The notes under the pieces were generated by a model. The model did not search any database. It saw only the letters and a list, made by a program, of their open reading frames with translations, and was not told where the DNA came from. From Gammaproteobacteria bacterium (GTDB taxonomy: Bacteria; Pseudomonadota; Gammaproteobacteria; Pseudomonadales; Azotimanducaceae): DNA of 28,441 nucleotides. The position numbers were made by a program, and so were the translations under genes. The DNA lies in NCBI GenBank assembly GCA_009840715.1, contig VXNE01000629.1, forward strand, positions 1 to 28,441. Reading direction: 5' to 3'. Below are positions 23,539-28,441 of this stretch, one piece after another (the stretch's first letter is position 1; every line of letters starts with the position of its first letter).

Positions 23539-25566
23539 ATGACTGTACGACCGACGGGCTTGTGCGTACTCATGGCGTTGTCCTGCGCAGCGTTTGCCGA
23601 CGCCGAAAGCGGGTCGGCGGAAACGCGGTGCGATCGGAGCTACCTGCTGTCGGACCCCGACCGCGCGATCGAGCCCGGCGTGCTCGTCGAAGCATCCGGC
23701 GAGGTCCCGGCGCACTGCAGGGTCCGTGGCGTCATCGACGGCACGATACGTTTCGAGGTCACGATGCCGGTCGACGGGTGGCGAGGGCGCATGATGTTCC
23801 ACGCCGTCGGCGGCAGTGCCGGCAGGATCGGCGATACCACCAGCCTGCTCGAAGACGGCTTCGCCATGGCGTCGACCGACGCGGGCCACGAAGGGAACGC
23901 CCCGGACGCGAACGCGTTCTTCCGCGACCGGCTTGCGGTGATCAACTACGGCTATCGGGCGGTACACCTGAGCACCGTCGCCGCCAAGGAGATCATCGGG
24001 GCGTTCTACGGAGAGGACAACCGCCACGCGTACATCTGGGGCTGCTCCAACGGCGGGCGCGCCGTCCTGAACGCGCTCCTGCGTTATCCCGCGGACTACG
24101 ACGGCGCCGTCGCCGGCGCACCGGCGACCGATCAGATGCGGGAGCTGCTGCCATGGAGCGTGGCGACGGCGAGATTGCAGCGCGCGAACCCGCTGACCCC
24201 CGAGAGCCTGGCGCTGCTGGAAGCGAACTCCCGGAACCGGTGCGACCTGCTCGACGGTCTGGAGGATGGCGTCATCGGCCTCCCCAAGGCTTGTACGACG
24301 GACATGCTCAGGCTGGAAGACCTGCGCTGCGAGGAGGGACGGACCGCGGGCTGCCTGACGGCCGGCCAGATCGAAACGGCACGCGCCATCTACGACGGCA
24401 TCTCGGACGGCAGCGGGCGCACGGTATCGCCTGGCGTAGTGCCCGGCGGGGAGGGAGACGGCGACTGGATGCTATGGGTGACGGGCAACCCCGGCTTCAT
24501 GGGGGCGTCCGCGAGCGAGGCGTCGACCCCGATCGTCGAGCATCTCCTCCATCGGGATCCGGGCTTCCGCCTGGACGAGTTCGACGTTGTGCAAGACCGC
24601 CAGGCGTTGGCCGAGGCGGGCGTGGCCGTGGATCTCCCGCCCGGCGACTTTTCCGCTTTCGAGAGTCGCGGCGGCAAGCTGATCGTCTACCAGGGCTGGA
24701 GTGACTTCCCCCTCCGGCCGCAGCTCCTGTTGGACTACCTGGACGCGGCCGAAGACCTTACCGGCGGTCCGGAGACAATGGCGGGGTTCCACCGCCTGTA
24801 CATGGTGCCCGGCATGCTCCACTGCGCCGGCGGCCCCGGTGCCTGGGCGGCGGACTACGTGCGTCCGATCGTCGACTGGGTGGAAGAGGACCGCGCGCCC
24901 GGGGAGATTGTCGCCGCGCAGCCGGGCATCACGAACTGGTTCGAGGCGAGCGCGGCCGGCGCGGGCTCCGCGGACTGGTACGACGCGGTGATGCGGGCCG
25001 GCGCCGAAAAGGCCGAACAGGAAGGCGCCAGACGCTTCACCCGGCCGCTTTGTCCCTCCCCGCAGTATGCGACGTACGACGGGTCCGGCGACCCGGACGA
25101 CGCCGCGAGCTTCGCCTGCACGGTCGATGATCCCGCCAAGGTCAGTTTCGCGAGCAAGGCATGGTTCGACATGGCCCGTTCCGTGATCCAGACCTTCGCG
25201 GCGGAGAATCCCACGCTGAACCTGAAGATGAACGAGGTCTTCACCGATGTGCCGGCCAGGCTCGATCCCGGCCCGGACGGCAAGGTCGCCTACGTCATGG
25301 AATTCAGGAACGGCGAGGCCGACCTCTGGCTGGAAGAACTGCCTGCCAGCGAGGTGGACATCAAGGTGGTCGGGCGGTGGGCGGCGGTGCTGCCGGCGGC
25401 GCTCTACGTGGTCGACGAGGATTCGCCGCGTTCGGTCGCCACCTACCGGAAGATCGGGCAGCGGAACCTGGAATCCGGGGACGTCGTGGTGGAGATCAGC
25501 CCCGACTTCCAGGGCAGCGGCGGTAACGAACTGCACAACCGGCTCGCCACGAGGACCAGGCCCTGA
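23539..25566 (+). CDS. Tannase/feruloyl esterase family hydrolase 2 with extra ~145-aa C-terminal domain (675 aa)
   Basis: Same motif set as hydrolase 1 (AMASTDAGH, GCSNGG, YDGAVAGAP, KLIVYQGWSD, VPGMLHC, RPLCPSP...DDAASFAC). It then continues in frame from ~25132 to the stop at 25566. Confidence 0.9.
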   Translation: MTVRPTGLCVLMALSCAAFADAESGSAETRCDRSYLLSDPDRAIEPGVLVEASGEVPAHCRVRGVIDGTIRFEVTMPVDGWRGRMMFHAVGGSAGRIGDTTSLLEDGFAMASTDAGHEGNAPDANAFFRDRLAVINYGYRAVHLSTVAAKEIIGAFYGEDNRHAYIWGCSNGGRAVLNALLRYPADYDGAVAGAPATDQMRELLPWSVATARLQRANPLTPESLALLEANSRNRCDLLDGLEDGVIGLPKACTTDMLRLEDLRCEEGRTAGCLTAGQIETARAIYDGISDGSGRTVSPGVVPGGEGDGDWMLWVTGNPGFMGASASEASTPIVEHLLHRDPGFRLDEFDVVQDRQALAEAGVAVDLPPGDFSAFESRGGKLIVYQGWSDFPLRPQLLLDYLDAAEDLTGGPETMAGFHRLYMVPGMLHCAGGPGAWAADYVRPIVDWVEEDRAPGEIVAAQPGITNWFEASAAGAGSADWYDAVMRAGAEKAEQEGARRFTRPLCPSPQYATYDGSGDPDDAASFACTVDDPAKVSFASKAWFDMARSVIQTFAAENPTLNLKMNEVFTDVPARLDPGPDGKVAYVMEFRNGEADLWLEELPASEVDIKVVGRWAAVLPAALYVVDEDSPRSVATYRKIGQRNLESGDVVVEISPDFQGSGGNELHNRLATRTRP

Positions 25567-25576
25567 CCTGACTGTC

Positions 25577-26539
25577 ATGTTCGACCTTGCTGGACTGGAG
25601 GACGCGCACGGCGTCGTGGCCCGGGCGATGGGCCCGACGCCCCAGTATCGTTGGCCCACCCTCTGCCGCAGCGTCGGTTGCGAGGTGTGGGTGAAGCACG
25701 AGAACCACACGCCGATCGGCTCCTTCAAGGTGCGCGGCGGATTGGTGCTGTTCGACGAACTGGACCGGACCGGGCGGCTGCCGGAGCGCATCGTGACGGC
25801 GACGCGCGGCAACCACGGCCAGAGCATCCCGTTCGCCGCGCGCCGGTGTGGCGTCCCGGTAACGGTCCTCATCCCCCGGGGCAACAGCGTCGAGAAGAAC
25901 GAGGCGATGCTCGGCTGGGGCGCCGAACTCGTCGAGGTCGGCGACGACTTCGAGGAGGCCCGGATGGAGGCCGAACGCCGGGCCGCCGCCGGCGAGGCGT
26001 ACTACGTGCCCTCCTTCCACCCGGCCCTGGTCCGGGGCGTCGCGACCTATGCTCACGAACTCTTCGAAGCCGTGCGGGACCTCGATACGGTGTACGTGCC
26101 CATCGGCATGGGCAGCGGCATCTGCGGGGTCATCCGGACACGGGACCTCATGGGTCTCTCGACGGAGGTCGTCGGCGTGGTCGCTGCCCGCGCCCCGGCG
26201 GTGGCGCGCAGCGTCGCGGCCGGGAGCATTGTCACCACGGACACGTCCGACACGTTCGCCGACGGCATGGCCGTGCGCATGCCCCACGCGGAGGCGTTCG
26301 AGGTCATCCGGCGCGGCGCCGCCCGGATCGTCGAGGTGAGCGAGGCCGAGATCGCCGAAGCGATGTGCGTGCTCTATCGGAGCACCCACAACGTCGCGGA
26401 AGGGGCCGGCGCCGCGGCGTTTGCCGGTCTGTGTCAGGAAGGCGCGCGGCGGGCCGGCCGGCGCGTGGCCGTGATCCTGTCCGGGGGCAACGTCGACGCA
26501 AGCGTGTTCCGCACCGTACTCGCCGGCGACGTGCCCTGA
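25577..26539 (+). CDS. Threonine/serine dehydratase family PLP enzyme (fold type II, no regulatory ACT domain; 320 aa)
   Basis: KHENHTPIGSFKVRGG (PLP lysine), ATRGNHGQS, VPIGMGSG, EGAGAAA and ILSGGN. No signal peptide. Confidence 0.89.
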   Translation: MFDLAGLEDAHGVVARAMGPTPQYRWPTLCRSVGCEVWVKHENHTPIGSFKVRGGLVLFDELDRTGRLPERIVTATRGNHGQSIPFAARRCGVPVTVLIPRGNSVEKNEAMLGWGAELVEVGDDFEEARMEAERRAAAGEAYYVPSFHPALVRGVATYAHELFEAVRDLDTVYVPIGMGSGICGVIRTRDLMGLSTEVVGVVAARAPAVARSVAAGSIVTTDTSDTFADGMAVRMPHAEAFEVIRRGAARIVEVSEAEIAEAMCVLYRSTHNVAEGAGAAAFAGLCQEGARRAGRRVAVILSGGNVDASVFRTVLAGDVP

Positions 26540-26548
26540 CACCCGCCG

Positions 26549-28441
26549 TCAGGGGTCGTTCGACCAGGCGAGGCGCAGGTAAGCGAACCTGCCGCCCGGG
26601 ATGTCGTACACCGAAGCGTCGTAGCCGTTCAGCGATGCGCTCATGCTGACGGGAGGATCGCGCTCGAACACGTTGTTGATCCCCGCGACGACCGCGAGTT
26701 CCCCCCGCGCCGCCCGGAACGTGTAGCCCGCCTGCACGTCGTGCAGGGTCCTGCTCGACAGGCGATTGCGCGAAGCCGTGTTGTCCTCGAAGTCCGGCAT
26801 GGAACACAAGCCAAGGTTCGTGAGGCTGTCGGGGGAGCCGTCGAGGAAGTCGCTGCAGCGCTCGGTCATGGAATCGATGTACCGCACCGTCCAGGCCGCC
26901 TGCCACCGGGCCGTACTCCGCTCGACGACGAGGGCGGCCTTCCAACGGGGCTTCCCACGGTCCGACTCGGTAAGCCCTTCCAGCCTGCGCGTCTCGACTA
27001 CCGTGCCCGCCGTGTCCTCCAGGTGCTCCGTGAACTCGGCCACGTGCGTCGCCTGCAAGCGCACGCGCCACCCTGAAGCCGCGGTCAGGAGCACCGCGAG
27101 GTCGTAGCCGCGGGTTTCCACGGAGCCGACGTTGAACAGCGTGTTGCGGAAACGGGCGATGCCACCCCGGTCGTTGCGCGCGACGAGGTCGCAGAGCACG
27201 CCGACGCGGTCCCGGTAGCACCCGTCGAGGACCGCCTGCGCGTCGTAGCCGGTGATGGCGTCGTCCACGTCGTGGGCATAGTGGGCCAGCTCGATACGCA
27301 GCGCCTCGATCCACGCGGGTCCCGTGGCCCATGCCGGGCCCCAGACCAGGGCCAGGGAGCGGCTCGTGGACGTCTCGGGGTCGAGCCGTTCGTTGCCCCC
27401 GGTGAGGACGCTGATCTGGCTTCCCAACTGCGTGTAGCTGCCGTCCGCGGGTACGCCCTGCGCGACACAGTGCTCGATCACCGCGGCCCCCACGTTGGTG
27501 GCAAGGAAGTTCGCACAAGGATCGGAGATGGCGGCGTCGAGGCGGGTCAGGCCCCCGAACAGCTCGCCGATGTTCGGCGCCCGGAAGCCTTCGGCCCAGG
27601 ATGCCCGCAACTGCACGTCCGGTGCCGGACGCCAGCGCAGCGCCGCCTTCGCGGTGACGCCGGTGTCGAACGTGCTGTAGTCGAAGCGGCGCGCCGCCGC
27701 GGAGAAATCGAGCAGTGTGTCGTCCCCCGCGCCGGCGAGCAGCGGCGCCGCAATCTCGGCGTAGAACTCCGTGACCGTGTAGCCGCCGGCGGTGGGCTGC
27801 GCGGGGATGCCGGCCGTGTCGCCGGCGGCGACCACGGGGTCCGGGTCGAACCGCCCGTCCTGCTCGCGGCGTTCGAAACCGGCCGCGAAATCCAGCGCGC
27901 CGGCCGGCAGGCTCGCGAGTTCACCGGTGACGTTCGCCACGAAACTGCGCAGGGTCTGCGCGCTCGAGTCCTCCTGCACGAAGCCGATCCAGTCGAGCAT
28001 GGCGTCCGTGATCGTGCCGCGTCCGCCGAGCAGGTTGAGCGGCACGCAGCCCGGTACGCCCGCGCAGCCCTCCGGCGGCCCGAGGGCCAGGAGCATCCTG
28101 CGGGCGTTGTGCGCACCGTGTTTCGTCTGCTCGGCGACGTTGCGCGACCAGACGAGGCTCGCGTCCCACAGCCACGCCCGGCCGAAACCGCGTGAGACAC
28201 CCTCCATCGTGAACGCGGCGTAGCGGGTGTCGACGTCCTGCTCGAAGATGCGCGGCCCGCTCTCGAGCGGACGCCGGGTCAGGAAGCCCCCCGGCCCGAC
28301 GTCAAAGCCGAACGGGTTGTACGGGTTGTCGGCGTCGATCACGATGTCGTCCATCAGGCTGCCGGTTTCCCCCAGGGTTCCGGCCCCGACCGGCTCTGGC
28401 GCCGCCTGGTTGACGGACTCGCGGCGGTTGAAGAAGGCGCG
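26549..28441 (-). CDS. TonB-dependent receptor 4, 5'-truncated by the window edge (barrel portion, ~630 aa visible)
   Basis: The frame is open from 28441 (RAFFNRRESVNQAAPEP...) to the stop at 26549. Barrel motifs include LRASWAEGFRAPNIGELF, GGNERLDPETS, GINNVFERDPP and YDIPGGRFAYL. The Met at 28354 is internal. Confidence 0.91.
   Translation of the reverse strand, partial: RAFFNRRESVNQAAPEPVGAGTLGETGSLMDDIVIDADNPYNPFGFDVGPGGFLTRRPLESGPRIFEQDVDTRYAAFTMEGVSRGFGRAWLWDASLVWSRNVAEQTKHGAHNARRMLLALGPPEGCAGVPGCVPLNLLGGRGTITDAMLDWIGFVQEDSSAQTLRSFVANVTGELASLPAGALDFAAGFERREQDGRFDPDPVVAAGDTAGIPAQPTAGGYTVTEFYAEIAAPLLAGAGDDTLLDFSAAARRFDYSTFDTGVTAKAALRWRPAPDVQLRASWAEGFRAPNIGELFGGLTRLDAAISDPCANFLATNVGAAVIEHCVAQGVPADGSYTQLGSQISVLTGGNERLDPETSTSRSLALVWGPAWATGPAWIEALRIELAHYAHDVDDAITGYDAQAVLDGCYRDRVGVLCDLVARNDRGGIARFRNTLFNVGSVETRGYDLAVLLTAASGWRVRLQATHVAEFTEHLEDTAGTVVETRRLEGLTESDRGKPRWKAALVVERSTARWQAAWTVRYIDSMTERCSDFLDGSPDSLTNLGLCSMPDFEDNTASRNRLSSRTLHDVQAGYTFRAARGELAVVAGINNVFERDPPVSMSASLNGYDASVYDIPGGRFAYLRLAWSNDP

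Noticed and set aside
2357-28200. Many long overlapping or antisense ORFs in the track (e.g. 2357-4084 N-terminal part, 4470-6125, 12134-13711, 14733-16130, 19623-21587, 22171-24027, 24472-25884)
   Set aside because: They shadow well-supported genes, have Arg/Gly/Pro-rich low-information translations and no motifs. This is expected in high-GC DNA with biased third positions.
627-28441. Biosynthetic gene cluster, prophage or defence system
   Set aside because: No synthase, ligase, phage, nuclease-defence or integrase genes are present. The content is uptake and catabolism.

Overview
GC-rich bacterial DNA with no rRNA, tRNA, CRISPR array or intact transposase visible. Most of the window is an outer-membrane uptake and periplasmic catabolism island. 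It has four TonB-dependent receptors (TBDRs; one is an STN-type transducer with its own ECF sigma/FecR pair, one is cut by the right edge) among ten enzymes, eight of which carry export signals. The enzymes are a type-B carboxylesterase lipoprotein, a PhyH-family Fe(II)/2OG dioxygenase, a CocE/NonD hydrolase, a Tat-signal DSD1-like PLP enzyme, a GH39 protein resembling animal alpha-L-iduronidase, a CehA/McbA-like metallohydrolase, a beta-lactamase-fold serine hydrolase, two paralogous tannase/feruloyl esterases and a short threonine dehydratase. A GntR regulator and a perfect 16-bp palindrome (6229-6244) lie near the first TBDR. The left edge holds a disrupted Rpn/YhgA-like gene interrupted by a GTAG-type REP doublet. 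The most unusual points are a second, internal signal-peptide-like segment in the STN-TBDR with a codon-usage break just after it, a tannase fused to an extra ~145-aa C-terminal domain, and the iduronidase-like GH39. All family calls come from motif recognition by eye; no database search was run.
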